DNA of 64,000 bases from a virus: positions 18,024 through 82,023 of IMG/VR virus record IMGVR_UViG_3300047476_002043. One strand, given 5' to 3'. The translations under genes were made by a program, and so were the position numbers. Below the pieces are notes generated by a model. That model was not told where the DNA came from and did no database searches. It was given only the letters and a program-made list of their open reading frames with translations. Below are positions 10,697 to 20,413 of this stretch, in pieces; the stretch's first letter is position 1; each line of letters begins with the position of its first letter.

Positions 10697-11305
10697 TCAC
10701 TCGATGCGAGTGGCAAGGAAGCTGACGATCTCTTCGCGATGGAGGGTCTCGCGCACGATATCAAGGTTGGGCTTGACGCGGCTGAGGTTCTTCTTGTAGT
10801 CGATGGTCATGTTGATGGCGGTGTACAGAACGCTCATCTGACGACGAGTTCCAGCACTGATGCTGTCATTAATGCCGTAGATCACGCTGGCATCGATCAT
10901 GAGACCACGATTCTTCAGGAAGAAGTCGTAGAAGATGACCAGGTTCTCGATGTCCGGATGTTCGATCAGGTAGACGGTAGCCTTCTTGAGCAGGTCAACG
11001 AGGACGGCACGAGAGGCATCGGTGTGAGCCGGGGTAGCTTTGAAGGCCTTTTCGAAATTGGCAAGGAGTTCAGCTTGCTTGGTGCCGGTCTTGACAACAT
11101 CGACAGGAGCCGCGAGTTTCGGCTCTCTTTGCGGTTCCGGGATGATCGGAGCCGGAGCAGGTTGAGTCTCGACAACAGGAGCTTCACTAACGACGACCGT
11201 TTCGGTGGCGGTAGCTTCAGGAGTGGGTTGGGTTTCATTCATGGGAGGAGTTCCTTGGTTGACAACACCAGTGACGGTGGTCGTGTTCTTTCTGGGTCTA
11301 GCCAT
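10697..11305 (-). CDS. hypothetical protein with Pro/Thr/Glu-rich N-terminus
   Basis: AAGGA RBS before MARPRK. Confidence 0.75.
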   Translation of the reverse strand: MARPRKNTTTVTGVVNQGTPPMNETQPTPEATATETVVVSEAPVVETQPAPAPIIPEPQREPKLAAPVDVVKTGTKQAELLANFEKAFKATPAHTDASRAVLVDLLKKATVYLIEHPDIENLVIFYDFFLKNRGLMIDASVIYGINDSISAGTRRQMSVLYTAINMTIDYKKNLSRVKPNLDIVRETLHREEIVSFLATRIE

Positions 11306-11355
11306 AAGTAATTCCTTTGTAGTTGATCTTTGACAGAAGCAAGCATACAATAGTT

Positions 11356-11970
11356 TTACCCGGCGAACTTGAGCTTCTTAAGGTACATGGCATGTTCTTG
11401 TTTGCTCATCCAGGCCAGATTATCTGGTGTTGGTGGCAGAGTTTTATCGACGACTACAACAATCATGGTTTTCCATGCTGTGGGTTTTGGAAGGAATGCG
11501 AGAGCCACCAATCTAGCCACGGAGACACCATAAGCCTTACCACGAAATGAGTATGTAATTTCCTTTTTATGTCTAAGGAAGCGAGTGGAGTTTGATCTAT
11601 AGACCGCTCCATCTCTAGTTACTCTGATTCCAGGAAATTCGGGAACTTTAACAGCATCCTTAGGGATTCTGTAATCCTCATCATCAACCCAGAGAAGGTT
11701 GGTCAGTTTGCAGTTCATTTCATCGCCATCGCGATGAATCAACCGTGTAGCCCCAGCCGGTTTAGGGTAGAACATTTCTGCAACCAATTCAGCAACGGAT
11801 CTCATCTCGGCCTTCTTTACAGAACCAATGAATCGGTAAAGTTTGACCTTGGCTCGACCTCGACTACTGATGATATCATGTGGCCAGGTTGATGCAGTAT
11901 CGAACACTTGACCAGCTTCGTTAATCGAATCTCGAATGTATCCTAATGATTTCAATGAAGCAACTTTCAT
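11356..11970 (-). CDS. tandem degenerate HNH (HNH_3/NUMOD4-type) protein
   Basis: Two copies of SVAxLVAxxFxPKP...NLxW; the first retains HRDGDEMN. Confidence 0.65.
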   Translation of the reverse strand: MKVASLKSLGYIRDSINEAGQVFDTASTWPHDIISSRGRAKVKLYRFIGSVKKAEMRSVAELVAEMFYPKPAGATRLIHRDGDEMNCKLTNLLWVDDEDYRIPKDAVKVPEFPGIRVTRDGAVYRSNSTRFLRHKKEITYSFRGKAYGVSVARLVALAFLPKPTAWKTMIVVVVDKTLPPTPDNLAWMSKQEHAMYLKKLKFAG

Positions 11971-12035
11971 TGCTAACCTCGACTGTTTTTTTGTTTTCTT
12001 CCTCCTAACTGGCGTTAATATACCAGCTCAAATAT

Positions 12036-12064
12036 GTAATGTAGATGTAACTTTATTTTGAAAT
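12036..12064 (-). promoter_or_regulatory. early-type phage promoter motif
   Basis: ATTTCA-N15-TACATTAC on the minus strand. Confidence 0.7.
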
Positions 12065-12108
12065 GGCACCCATCGTCGTGGCTAACGCCACGACGATGGT
12101 TACGCTTC

Positions 12109-13545
12109 TCAAGTTCCAGTACTCTCTTCTGCCTCAGTATCGTCGCTGATTCTAAGAACAGATTTCTTCTTGTCGACGGTTCTGATGTACGTCATCGGCT
12201 GAAGTCTCACGGTACTAATCTTGCTACCGTGCATATTCTTCATCTGAAGACCTTGGAAGGTTGATCCAATGTCGACCGCCTGCGCACCAATGAAGTTGAG
12301 GCCGAGACTCTTGATCTTACTGCCGATACAGGCATAACACAGTCCGCCCTCAGCTTTGCAATAAAGCGGGGAACGGATGTAGACATCTTTATCGGTATAA
12401 GCTGCGGCAGTCTCCGAGTTGATCGGGGTTAGGCCAGAGGGGCCGATGACGAATCTTCCTTGGTACCTACCGAGCTCTTCCTTGCTAAGGTTGATGCGAA
12501 TTCCTTTGGTGGTTTTACAGTCGTCCATAACAACCTTCACATCCTGGAAGATGCGTAAGAGTGTTTTGGCCATGGCACCACCTAGGGCGGTCAAGATACC
12601 ACGAGAGTAAGAACCTTTGCGGATCTCGTTAGCGATGGCATCGAAGTTATTCTTGTTCCATCCTTCAGCAAGGCTGTTGGGGATGTTGACATATCCAGAT
12701 GTTGCGCCGGATGTGAAGTCTTCGATAGCACCGACTGTAAGGAAGAGTTTCTTCCTGTGGATAGCCAAGGACTTGGTCGGGTTAACGGCCAAGTGGAAAC
12801 CAAGACTATCATCACCCTTGAGGTACTCTCTATCCATCTTGAGCAACTCATTCTCGATCTTGTCAAGAACCAACGGATCACTGAGCTGATCCTTGTGTTC
12901 CTCAAAGAGTTCCTTTTTACGGGCTTTGATTTTTGGATCAGTAGTGAAGCTGCGTTCTGTGATTGTAGGGACGGAGATTTCCGCTAAGTGACCGATGAAG
13001 TATCCATGATCGATATACTTCCTGTACTCGACCATAGTAATCGTCCCGGCAAGGAGTCCGGCTGCGATCAGATCTTCAGTCTTACCGATATTCCAGACCG
13101 TGTTGATGTATGGGATCTTGTCGCCGAAGACACTAGCACCTACGATATAGTTCAAGACGAAACGACCGATGGTGGTTGTGGTTTCAGCTCCCTTGAAGTT
13201 AGCGATATCGCCTTCCTTAAGAACGATCTGGTCATAGATATCGAAGAGAGGTCCATCATCATCTTCTTTGATGTTCCATAGAACGTCATCGCCGCCGTAA
13301 ATGGTTAGGTACGATCTATGATTGGAAACGACCTTAATCACATCACCGACAGTGATCGGCGTTTGTGACATCAGCGTCTGAAGTGCAGTTGGGTCGACTT
13401 TCCAGTTACCATCAGGTTGAGCAGTTACCATCTCCACTACCTTGTTGTGCACAATGGCAGTGAAGTAGCTCAGAAGGATCTTCCGTTCAAGCAACCGAGG
13501 CATCACTGCCGGAAGCTTAACGCACTTGGAAAAGGCTTCATTCAT
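12109..13545 (-). CDS. virion RNA polymerase beta' subunit, C-terminal part (phiKZ gp80-like)
   Basis: TTIGRFVLN, DDC, IRSPLYC...LCYACIG zinc site, QMKNMHG trigger-loop-like motif. Confidence 0.82.
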   Translation of the reverse strand: MNEAFSKCVKLPAVMPRLLERKILLSYFTAIVHNKVVEMVTAQPDGNWKVDPTALQTLMSQTPITVGDVIKVVSNHRSYLTIYGGDDVLWNIKEDDDGPLFDIYDQIVLKEGDIANFKGAETTTTIGRFVLNYIVGASVFGDKIPYINTVWNIGKTEDLIAAGLLAGTITMVEYRKYIDHGYFIGHLAEISVPTITERSFTTDPKIKARKKELFEEHKDQLSDPLVLDKIENELLKMDREYLKGDDSLGFHLAVNPTKSLAIHRKKLFLTVGAIEDFTSGATSGYVNIPNSLAEGWNKNNFDAIANEIRKGSYSRGILTALGGAMAKTLLRIFQDVKVVMDDCKTTKGIRINLSKEELGRYQGRFVIGPSGLTPINSETAAAYTDKDVYIRSPLYCKAEGGLCYACIGSKIKSLGLNFIGAQAVDIGSTFQGLQMKNMHGSKISTVRLQPMTYIRTVDKKKSVLRISDDTEAEESTGT

Positions 13546-14564
13546 GACGGTTGCCCTTGATTAGGATTAATGGTTGATCCCACAACAGGTTGAGAAAGTT
13601 TCGTGAGAACGGCAACGATTCTTTCTTTGAATGCTTGGTTGATATTGAGTCGTGTGCACTCTTTCTCAAGTTCGACCAAATTCTTATCCAGACCCCACTC
13701 GGCCCTGTAGAACATGGAAGAAACACCAAGGATCGCGGTGTCATCGTATCCTTCAGCATTCAGACCGACGTAGTGATCTAGGAAGAACTTGCATGATTTG
13801 CGATAGGCGACAACGTTACCATCCTCAACAGTTTGGCAGTACCAAGGATTGGAATCGTTTGAGGCTAGGTAGTACGGGAGGAATGAATCATCGATGATGT
13901 TGAGAATGTGAGGAGCAACGGCAGCCGTTGCTAAATCAACAGTGGTGACATAGACGGCACCGTTATCAGCCTTAGACATAGTTCCAATGCGGTTACTGAC
14001 GACTGTGGTGTAGGCGACTACCTTGTTGGTGAAGTCACTCATCAGAACCGAGTTGTTGCTGTAGTGCTGTTCGATCATCGCTCCTGTGAGCATGCTGTCG
14101 ATGTGAGCATGGAAACTTTCATTGTTGCTGAAATGTTCCATGTATGTTTCCAGGTAGGAATAAACCGGAGATAGCGGGAATGTTCGGTTGAGTAAGCTAA
14201 CGATCTCGTGGATCAGGTTAGACTCATCGTAGTCGTCTCCGATAAGAAGCGCACCAAGGATTTCTTTCAGATCCTGATTGCCTCTGAGCAGCTCAGGGAA
14301 GTGATTGATGTCGAATACCGTGCGGAGATGGTAAATGACTTTGATGATGTTGGAGTCGGTGTACATGTCATCGCCACATTCCAGCATGATACCCATAGTG
14401 ATCAATTCTTGGTTGACCTTGTTCAGGACCAGATTGAAGATTGTAGTATCACTAAGAACGTCTACGGTTTCGACTTCTGCCAGGTAGCTCTGTTCGTTGA
14501 GATAAGCTCGAACCATCGGGCTAACATCTCTGATGTTGAGGAGAAACTGCTCTCTTGCGTTCAT
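13542..14564 (-). CDS. hypothetical protein translationally coupled to the vRNAP beta' gene
   Basis: ATGA overlap with the downstream gene; AGGAG before MNARE. Confidence 0.75.
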   Translation of the reverse strand: MNAREQFLLNIRDVSPMVRAYLNEQSYLAEVETVDVLSDTTIFNLVLNKVNQELITMGIMLECGDDMYTDSNIIKVIYHLRTVFDINHFPELLRGNQDLKEILGALLIGDDYDESNLIHEIVSLLNRTFPLSPVYSYLETYMEHFSNNESFHAHIDSMLTGAMIEQHYSNNSVLMSDFTNKVVAYTTVVSNRIGTMSKADNGAVYVTTVDLATAAVAPHILNIIDDSFLPYYLASNDSNPWYCQTVEDGNVVAYRKSCKFFLDHYVGLNAEGYDDTAILGVSSMFYRAEWGLDKNLVELEKECTRLNINQAFKERIVAVLTKLSQPVVGSTINPNQGQPS

Positions 14565-14639
14565 GAGAACTCCTGAGGTTGTTGAGTGTGTAAACATAGG
14601 ATGGTTTTACCGCCTCAAGTACAAATGAAACAAAAAAAA

Positions 14640-14671
14640 AGATCTAGCTTGGCCTGGGCCAAGCTAGATCT
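14640..14671 (-). terminator. intrinsic terminator
   Basis: AGATCTAGCTTGGCC/GGCCAAGCTAGATCT stem followed by a T9 run on the minus strand. Confidence 0.75.
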
Positions 14672-14673
14672 AA

Positions 14674-15159
14674 CTAATCACCACCGAAGTCAACGACGAT
14701 GATCTCTCTTTTCGGACACCAATCGTTGGCAATGTTTCGTATTGTTTCGGCATAATCTTCCCAGTTGCCTTTGGCCAAGCCACTACCGATATTCTTCGGT
14801 ATAGCCAAGCTATCGACATCCGAGGTTGCTGTGGTGAGTTCAATGAAAGCCTCCCTGAATTTCTCAAGTCGACTGACCGCACTATCCGGCCCAAAGAGAG
14901 CTGGCTTCCCTGGGTAGATTTGTGCGTAGAGATTAGCAACTCGTACTTTGACACCGAAGGGCATGTTCATTTCTCCTATCAGGCATCTTCCGTATAACTC
15001 AACACATCGACGTCCTTGTCTAGTGTCGGTATCCGGATATTGTCTGTAGATTTTTTGAGCCAGTCCTTTCAGGTCTTCGCTGACGCAGTTGCATTGTTGA
15101 ACGATGATGTGAGAATTGGCGTAGGAGAAGATGTTTCCCTTAACTAGCCTTAGTGACAT
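14674..15159 (-). CDS. macrodomain (ADP-ribose binding/hydrolase, Poa1/TARG1-like)
   Basis: GNIF, IVQQCNC, GLAQKI...YP, VANLYAQ, AIPKNIGSGLAKGNW. Confidence 0.85.
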   Translation of the reverse strand: MSLRLVKGNIFSYANSHIIVQQCNCVSEDLKGLAQKIYRQYPDTDTRQGRRCVELYGRCLIGEMNMPFGVKVRVANLYAQIYPGKPALFGPDSAVSRLEKFREAFIELTTATSDVDSLAIPKNIGSGLAKGNWEDYAETIRNIANDWCPKREIIVVDFGGD

Positions 15160-15401
15160 GTTGCCACCTTGAGTCTGCTGAAAAATGTACGCATCTTGCC
15201 CATTCTCCCGGTTCTGTTGTAGGATATCGTGATATCGGCAAGGTAACGCAGTAAACCATTAGGGCTATCGATGCGGCGCTTTCCGATCACAGACATCACG
15301 TTGTTGAGGTGCTTCCTTCTCGTAGCCAACTTGACCACATGTCTAGCGGCAATGATTTGACGAAATTCATCAACCAAAGGTCTAAGCTCTTTGTACTTCA
15401 T
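15150..15401 (-). CDS. hypothetical basic protein
   Basis: 83 aa, overlapping start/stop with neighbours. Confidence 0.6.
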   Translation of the reverse strand: MKYKELRPLVDEFRQIIAARHVVKLATRRKHLNNVMSVIGKRRIDSPNGLLRYLADITISYNRTGRMGKMRTFFSRLKVATCH

Positions 15402-15613
15402 CGGCGCTTTCTCCTTTTGATCACGCGTTTGAATTCACGCATGAGTTTTCGGCCTGGGTACATGGCGTAGTAAAAGTCTCCAGTAATGACGAAGGCATCG
15501 TCACAAGGGAGGGCTTCGGTGAAGATGTACTTCTGCCTAATGTTGACCGAGGCGTTAGTGCATTCCTCGGCCATCCATTTAGCAGTCAGCTTATCCAATT
15601 CAGTGCTGACCAT
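15398..15613 (-). CDS. hypothetical protein
   Basis: Start re-picked at MVSTE after AAGGA. Confidence 0.5.
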   Translation of the reverse strand: MVSTELDKLTAKWMAEECTNASVNIRQKYIFTEALPCDDAFVITGDFYYAMYPGRKLMREFKRVIKRRKRR

Positions 15614-15974
15614 AGCGCATCCTTCGGTAGACGTTTTCCTTGGCGCTTTGCATGAATGCATCCCAAGCGGCTTGACCGATATTTCTTCTGGCATGATCTT
15701 GTAGTACCGCCTCAAAATCGACACCGGTCGTCTCAAGGTCGACGGTGAGATTTCGCTTGGTTGGATAGAAGCTCTCCACCAGAAGGCCAGTCACAAGCTT
15801 CTCAAAGAAAGTCATCCTGACAGACAACTTATTCCTGATGAACTCGCGAAACGTAAAGGGCGCTAGCCGGTTGCGGATGGATTCCAAGGATGGGATAACC
15901 TGTATCGGCGGACCTTCGTCCTGCGGAAGTTCAGAGTCTGGAATGACTGAGATTGTAAGTTTGCTCATCGTCAC
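15600..15974 (-). CDS. hypothetical protein
   Basis: ORF with AAGGAG RBS. Confidence 0.55.
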   Translation of the reverse strand: MTMSKLTISVIPDSELPQDEGPPIQVIPSLESIRNRLAPFTFREFIRNKLSVRMTFFEKLVTGLLVESFYPTKRNLTVDLETTGVDFEAVLQDHARRNIGQAAWDAFMQSAKENVYRRMRYGQH

Positions 15975-16123
15975 TTTCTCCTTGTAGCGAAGAATGCTGG
16001 ACGCTTGATGATGGGGATTGTGATGTTGTTCAGTGTGGCATCGATGAGCGTTGTATGACGCTCGTGGATGAAGGGTGAGTGGATGCGGATTTGGCGTGAT
16101 GCTTTCGAATGCTTGACGATCAT
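15971..16123 (-). CDS. small hypothetical protein (50 aa, not in the ORF track)
   Basis: MIVKHSKASRQIRIHSPF... fills the gap with 4-nt overlaps on both sides. Confidence 0.5.
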   Translation of the reverse strand: MIVKHSKASRQIRIHSPFIHERHTTLIDATLNNITIPIIKRPAFFATRRK

Positions 16124-16692
16124 GAGATTAATCCTTCTTCTCTTTGTTTTTGGACGGTCCGAACATCTTCGATGGCGAGATGTGTTTTGTAGCGCTCCTC
16201 TAAATCACTGAGGATTTTGTGAACGAGTGGTCGGATTGTCTTGGTGGATTCTGGACGTGTGTATCCGAAGACGTTCTCCACCTTATCCTTCAGTGCTATG
16301 TTTTTATCCTCGAAGTTGTTAACGACACAGTTGATCGTTAGGAGGAGTTCTCCTGGATAGATGACGCTTTTCTTATGGCTGAAGGTGCAAAAACTGTGCA
16401 TGTGCCTACCGAAGTTGACTGATGCTTCGAATGGCTGGGAAACCAATTGCATCAGGAAGTCCGATATCTCAGCAATATCGTCAGTTTCTAAGTAGCAATT
16501 CCTGTCAGTTGAAACAATGAACTTAGCCTGCTGACGCTCGTCGGGCTTGTTATACATCCTCCCGAGATTAGAACAGTTCGTGCATTGCTGCGCGAAGCCA
16601 ATGGAGCGTTTATCATTACCGTCCTGGATGAAGACGCGAGTGCGAGGAGAAGTGAGTGTGAATTGGCAATAGGCACAGATTTCTAATTGCAT
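16120..16692 (-). CDS. hypothetical protein with N-terminal CxxC...CxxC
   Basis: CAYC and CTNC; AGGAG RBS. Confidence 0.65.
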   Translation of the reverse strand: MQLEICAYCQFTLTSPRTRVFIQDGNDKRSIGFAQQCTNCSNLGRMYNKPDERQQAKFIVSTDRNCYLETDDIAEISDFLMQLVSQPFEASVNFGRHMHSFCTFSHKKSVIYPGELLLTINCVVNNFEDKNIALKDKVENVFGYTRPESTKTIRPLVHKILSDLEERYKTHLAIEDVRTVQKQREEGLIS

Positions 16693-16705
16693 GATTTGCT
16701 CCTAT

Positions 16706-16999
16706 TCATTTCGGTGGTTGGATCGGTTTGGGTTCTGTCGCCTCTTTGAGGAGGGCGAGGATAGTTTCGAAGTCTTCCTTGGAGCAGTTGATGTCATGAC
16801 TAAGGTCGTTACATCCGGTAACACGAACGTTGAGACCGAGGCCTTTTACGATCGCGTCGAATGTATTCCAGAGGTAGTTACCTTTAGACGTTTCAGCGAT
16901 CTCGTTGGGAACAACTTCTTCTTGGGCGAAGGGATGTCGTCTCACGACCCGTTTCCTTTGATGAGGGTTTGTATATGAGGTTGAAAAGGAATTTGCCAA
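16706..16999 (-). CDS. hypothetical protein (start uncertain)
   Basis: ORF in the early gene run. Confidence 0.5.
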   Translation of the reverse strand: MANSFSTSYTNPHQRKRVVRRHPFAQEEVVPNEIAETSKGNYLWNTFDAIVKGLGLNVRVTGCNDLSHDINCSKEDFETILALLKEATEPKPIQPPK

Positions 17000-17279
17000 T
17001 ATCCTCGTTAGTGAGTGTTGTATCTCTACTCATTTCCACAAGGTACCTGACAGGGTATTCATATCCTCCAAGTTCAACCAACATTAGGCCACCAGGGCGA
17101 TGCTTATCGGACAGGACGCTCTGTTGCTGTCTAATCAAGGCTAGGACAAGTCTTCTGGCGCACTTAGCCGCCTGTTCCTGATCTTCAAGACCCTCAATCA
17201 GTTGCATTACGCGACACAGTGCAGTGTCGTATAGGCATCCTTGCTCATGTAGGATTTCCCGAAGTCTTTTGAATTTCAC
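16893..17279 (-). CDS. hypothetical protein
   Basis: GTG start after GGAGGAGG. Confidence 0.55.
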   Translation of the reverse strand: MKFKRLREILHEQGCLYDTALCRVMQLIEGLEDQEQAAKCARRLVLALIRQQQSVLSDKHRPGGLMLVELGGYEYPVRYLVEMSRDTTLTNEDIGKFLFNLIYKPSSKETGRETTSLRPRRSCSQRDR

Positions 17280-17524
17280 TTGTCCTCCTCCTTGATGACT
17301 GACGCATCCTGCCGCCAATTACAGTGGATGCAGGTTCGGCTTTGCTTTCCTGGATTACCAGGAGATGATTCCCAGCATCCGTAACGATGCCGCCCCTCTG
17401 CGCAATCTTTCTTTTCGCGTTGGTACTTGTCGTAGGCGGATTGGTTGGCCCCGGCAAGAATGGCCAAACAAAGCGCCAGGATGGCAATGCCGAAAAGAGC
17501 CGGGAGAATTTCTTTGAATTTCAT
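17276..17524 (-). CDS. membrane-anchored CHCC zinc-finger protein (paralog 2)
   Basis: N-terminal hydrophobic helix; CxxGxHxYGxW...RxCxHCNxRQD. Confidence 0.7.
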   Translation of the reverse strand: MKFKEILPALFGIAILALCLAILAGANQSAYDKYQREKKDCAEGRHRYGCWESSPGNPGKQSRTCIHCNWRQDASVIKEEDK

Positions 17525-17790
17525 TTGCCGACTCCTTTGACTGCTTCGGTATCTTGCCGAAGATTGCAGTGTTTACAGAATCGCATTTGCTGACCCATGC
17601 TGAGTCCTGATGTGCACCAGGATCCGTACACATGGTGACCAGCTTCGCACTGAGCTCTCTCATCGGCTCGCTTCTTGTCGACGGTTCTGATGATGATGGC
17701 GGAACTGCACGCCACGACCGCTGTCCAGATAATAAACACCTGGACAACTTTTGCGCGGCGCGAGGTGAGAATTTCAATCAGTCTTTTCAT
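17521..17790 (-). CDS. membrane-anchored CHCC zinc-finger protein (paralog 1)
   Basis: Same motif as the neighbour; start re-picked at MKRLIE. Confidence 0.7.
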   Translation of the reverse strand: MKRLIEILTSRRAKVVQVFIIWTAVVACSSAIIIRTVDKKRADERAQCEAGHHVYGSWCTSGLSMGQQMRFCKHCNLRQDTEAVKGVGK

Positions 17791-18098
17791 TTGTTGTCCT
17801 GTATTTTGAGTTTGTGGACTCGCGAATTCCATTTCGCAACGCTTTGATGAACATCTTCTCCGACGGGACCCAAAGATCCACAGGAACCGCAACCTACGGC
17901 ATTCTTGTAGATATTGAATTTCTTCTCATTCACGTTACCGCAGAATGGACAGAAGACGAGAGAGAAAGTCAATGTTCCTTTTTTGGATTGATCTTCTTGA
18001 ACTGGAGGCTCCTCAGTCTTGACTTCCAAGGTTTTATTCCTGTTGACGAATCCGCCGAACAAGAACGATCCGATGACGTCACCAATTTGCTTGAACAT
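17787..18098 (-). CDS. Lar-family restriction alleviation-like zinc-ribbon protein
   Basis: CPFCG...CGSCGSLGP...AKWNSR. Confidence 0.65.
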   Translation of the reverse strand: MFKQIGDVIGSFLFGGFVNRNKTLEVKTEEPPVQEDQSKKGTLTFSLVFCPFCGNVNEKKFNIYKNAVGCGSCGSLGPVGEDVHQSVAKWNSRVHKLKIQDNK

Positions 18099-18100
18099 GA

Positions 18101-19003
18101 TTATTCTCCGAATTCTTGTTTAGCGATCATGGTGATGAGTTTCTTGCAGGCTTCGTGATCATCGTAGAGATTGTTGTCGAAGTCGGTAACGCTTCGGTAT
18201 CCAACCTTAGCACGAAGTTCTCGGTTGCTGCGGATTTTGATGAACCCAGGAACAAGGTGTGCCGGTTCCAGGATAGTGAAGTGCGCATCTTTCACAGACG
18301 AATTATAGACGGGGATAACCCATCCATATTCACCCTCGAGTGCTACAGCAACGCTGATTGCGCTCGGTTTGATGTGATGCATGTATCGGTCAATGATGCA
18401 CTTATGGAAAACTTCAGCGAACTCATCGCTGTAGAACTTCCTCAGCATGCTGTAGGCATTAGACCTAGCGGTCAGAATAGCATCACGCCCACATGGGAGG
18501 TTCGCTTTGTGGCAGATTGTGTGGCATCTGGCCAGGGCTAATGGATCTTTGGTGCAAGCATCCGCAACTTCTACCACATCGATAATGCCATCGAAGGTTG
18601 GATAGATCAGAGCGTAATGACTAGGGTCACCGAACTCAATCATTCTCAACAATGTGAGATATATCTCGAGAAGGATGTCTTCATTCTTACTCCCGACTGA
18701 GGCCCAAGCGATACCACCGCGATGCACACTATTCAGAGATGTCACGCTGAATACGTCATTGATAGTCAGTTTGATATCAAGTCGCGGTTCCATCGGACAG
18801 TTGGTTGGATTCAACATGTCGGTGATGATGGATGTGACGATGGATCGCATAGCGGAGCGATAACGTGTATCATCCATGCTGAAGTCTTTGGGAGGAAACT
18901 TCTGTTGCATGTAACTTTCGATGAGGAACACAATAACGTTCTTATTCTCTTCGAGGTTGTTCTTATTAAGGCTTCTGGAATTGAGGAATGTCATGTGTGT
19001 CAT
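18101..19003 (-). CDS. hypothetical protein
   Basis: About 300 aa; AAGGA before MTHMT. Confidence 0.7.
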   Translation of the reverse strand: MTHMTFLNSRSLNKNNLEENKNVIVFLIESYMQQKFPPKDFSMDDTRYRSAMRSIVTSIITDMLNPTNCPMEPRLDIKLTINDVFSVTSLNSVHRGGIAWASVGSKNEDILLEIYLTLLRMIEFGDPSHYALIYPTFDGIIDVVEVADACTKDPLALARCHTICHKANLPCGRDAILTARSNAYSMLRKFYSDEFAEVFHKCIIDRYMHHIKPSAISVAVALEGEYGWVIPVYNSSVKDAHFTILEPAHLVPGFIKIRSNRELRAKVGYRSVTDFDNNLYDDHEACKKLITMIAKQEFGE

Positions 19004-19007
19004 GGGA

Positions 19008-19241
19008 TTATCCTTTTGTGTTTTTGATGTTGAGATACGGGGCTCTTGACGTCCGTAAGTTATTCGAGGCCTCAAGCAGGTGCTCGGTGGTTATGATCTC
19101 TCGCATAAGTATGAGACGGAGTTTTCCATCCTGATCAGGAACAACCGCCTTAAGTTCCCATCCCTCGAGGCCATGTCCTTTCAATGATGCTGTAGCATTT
19201 ATAGGAGCAACGACCTCCTCGCAGTAATCGAAACGTCTCAT
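19008..19241 (-). CDS. DUF4177-like small protein
   Basis: LxxHGxEGWELxAV motif. Confidence 0.55.
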   Translation of the reverse strand: MRRFDYCEEVVAPINATASLKGHGLEGWELKAVVPDQDGKLRLILMREIITTEHLLEASNNLRTSRAPYLNIKNTKG

Positions 19242-19516
19242 GTTGTTTTCCTTAAAATTTCAAGATTGATTTCGGGTGAGGATCTCATGATTCCGCGCAT
19301 GGCGCTAGCTTCATCACTACAGATGAGATCGGAAAGATCAGAATCTGCCGCAGGCTCGTAGTCGATCTTAAGTAAGTCAGATAGAGGATACTTCCTGATC
19401 TCATCTCCAGGGAATCTGTCGAAAATGAACGTCTCAGTCTTGTGGTAGAGATCGCGCAACTTTATATCACCTTTGATGTAACCATAAGCATCCTCTACGG
19501 ACACCGGTATGATCAC
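19238..19516 (-). CDS. hypothetical protein
   Basis: 92 aa, coupled to neighbours. Confidence 0.55.
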   Translation of the reverse strand: MIIPVSVEDAYGYIKGDIKLRDLYHKTETFIFDRFPGDEIRKYPLSDLLKIDYEPAADSDLSDLICSDEASAMRGIMRSSPEINLEILRKTT

Positions 19517-19678
19517 CTATCTATGACATACGTTGTCTTGATCTACCCAAGAGAAAATGAAAAACGCATCGTCCTTTTTGTACAGTCTTTCCATTATTCC
19601 TTCGAACTCTATCAAGTCAACAACTTTCTTGTAGCTGCTCATGCGGTCAACGACCGGCGTACCAACTAAAGCTTGCAT
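19517..19678 (-). CDS. hypothetical protein
   Basis: AAGGAG before MQALV; early promoter core at 19718. Confidence 0.5.
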   Translation of the reverse strand: MQALVGTPVVDRMSSYKKVVDLIEFEGIMERLYKKDDAFFIFSWVDQDNVCHR

Positions 19679-19756
19679 GGAAATCTCCTTATTTTTTTTC
19701 TTGACTTCATCACTTAAGTAATGTATATCTACAAGATCTTCGAGTACAGCATCCAC

Positions 19757-20413
19757 CTACCTGGCCGATGCCAGGTAGGTGGATGGTATATCTCCCATCG
19801 CAACGTAATGTCTACTGTTCTGATTGCGCTTGTAGCGCCACTCTGGAGAGATCTTGAATTTACCGTACATCATGGCGGTATTGTTGGGATAGACAGCGTT
19901 TACAGCGCAAGCGCGTTTAAGCTCCTTGTACTGCGGCATTTCGAACATCTGTCTAATCACTTGCTTATCGCTAAATGTAGAGAATCCACTACCGTCATGA
20001 ACATTGCCCTTAATCATGAATTTACCGCGAAGCTCGATCACATCAGCTATGTCACTAAAGTGAGTACGAGCTTCTTTGCTGTGAGTTCCCCATGCGATGC
20101 AGTAACCTCTGGCTATAGTTACTCTGCTTCTTATCGATTTGCATCTTGCATAGAAGGCATGAATGAATTGCATGTCTTGATCATCGAGGATCGATTCGAT
20201 GGTTAGGATCTTACCATTCCTCGTCTTGCTACTGATCTTGATGGTATTATCAACCTGTTCAAGAATCAATTCATCATTGTTCCAAACATCATGAAGGTCT
20301 TGTGTTGTAGCTCGTCGAGAGATGATGATTTCATCATCCTTGCATAGAAGCTGCTTAACGGCTTCGAAAAACAGAGAGAATAATTTGGTTGGATCAACCG
20401 ATTCTAAACTCAT
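19757..20413 (-). CDS. hypothetical protein
   Basis: 218 aa, AAGGAG RBS. Confidence 0.7.
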   Translation of the reverse strand: MSLESVDPTKLFSLFFEAVKQLLCKDDEIIISRRATTQDLHDVWNNDELILEQVDNTIKISSKTRNGKILTIESILDDQDMQFIHAFYARCKSIRSRVTIARGYCIAWGTHSKEARTHFSDIADVIELRGKFMIKGNVHDGSGFSTFSDKQVIRQMFEMPQYKELKRACAVNAVYPNNTAMMYGKFKISPEWRYKRNQNSRHYVAMGDIPSTYLASAR

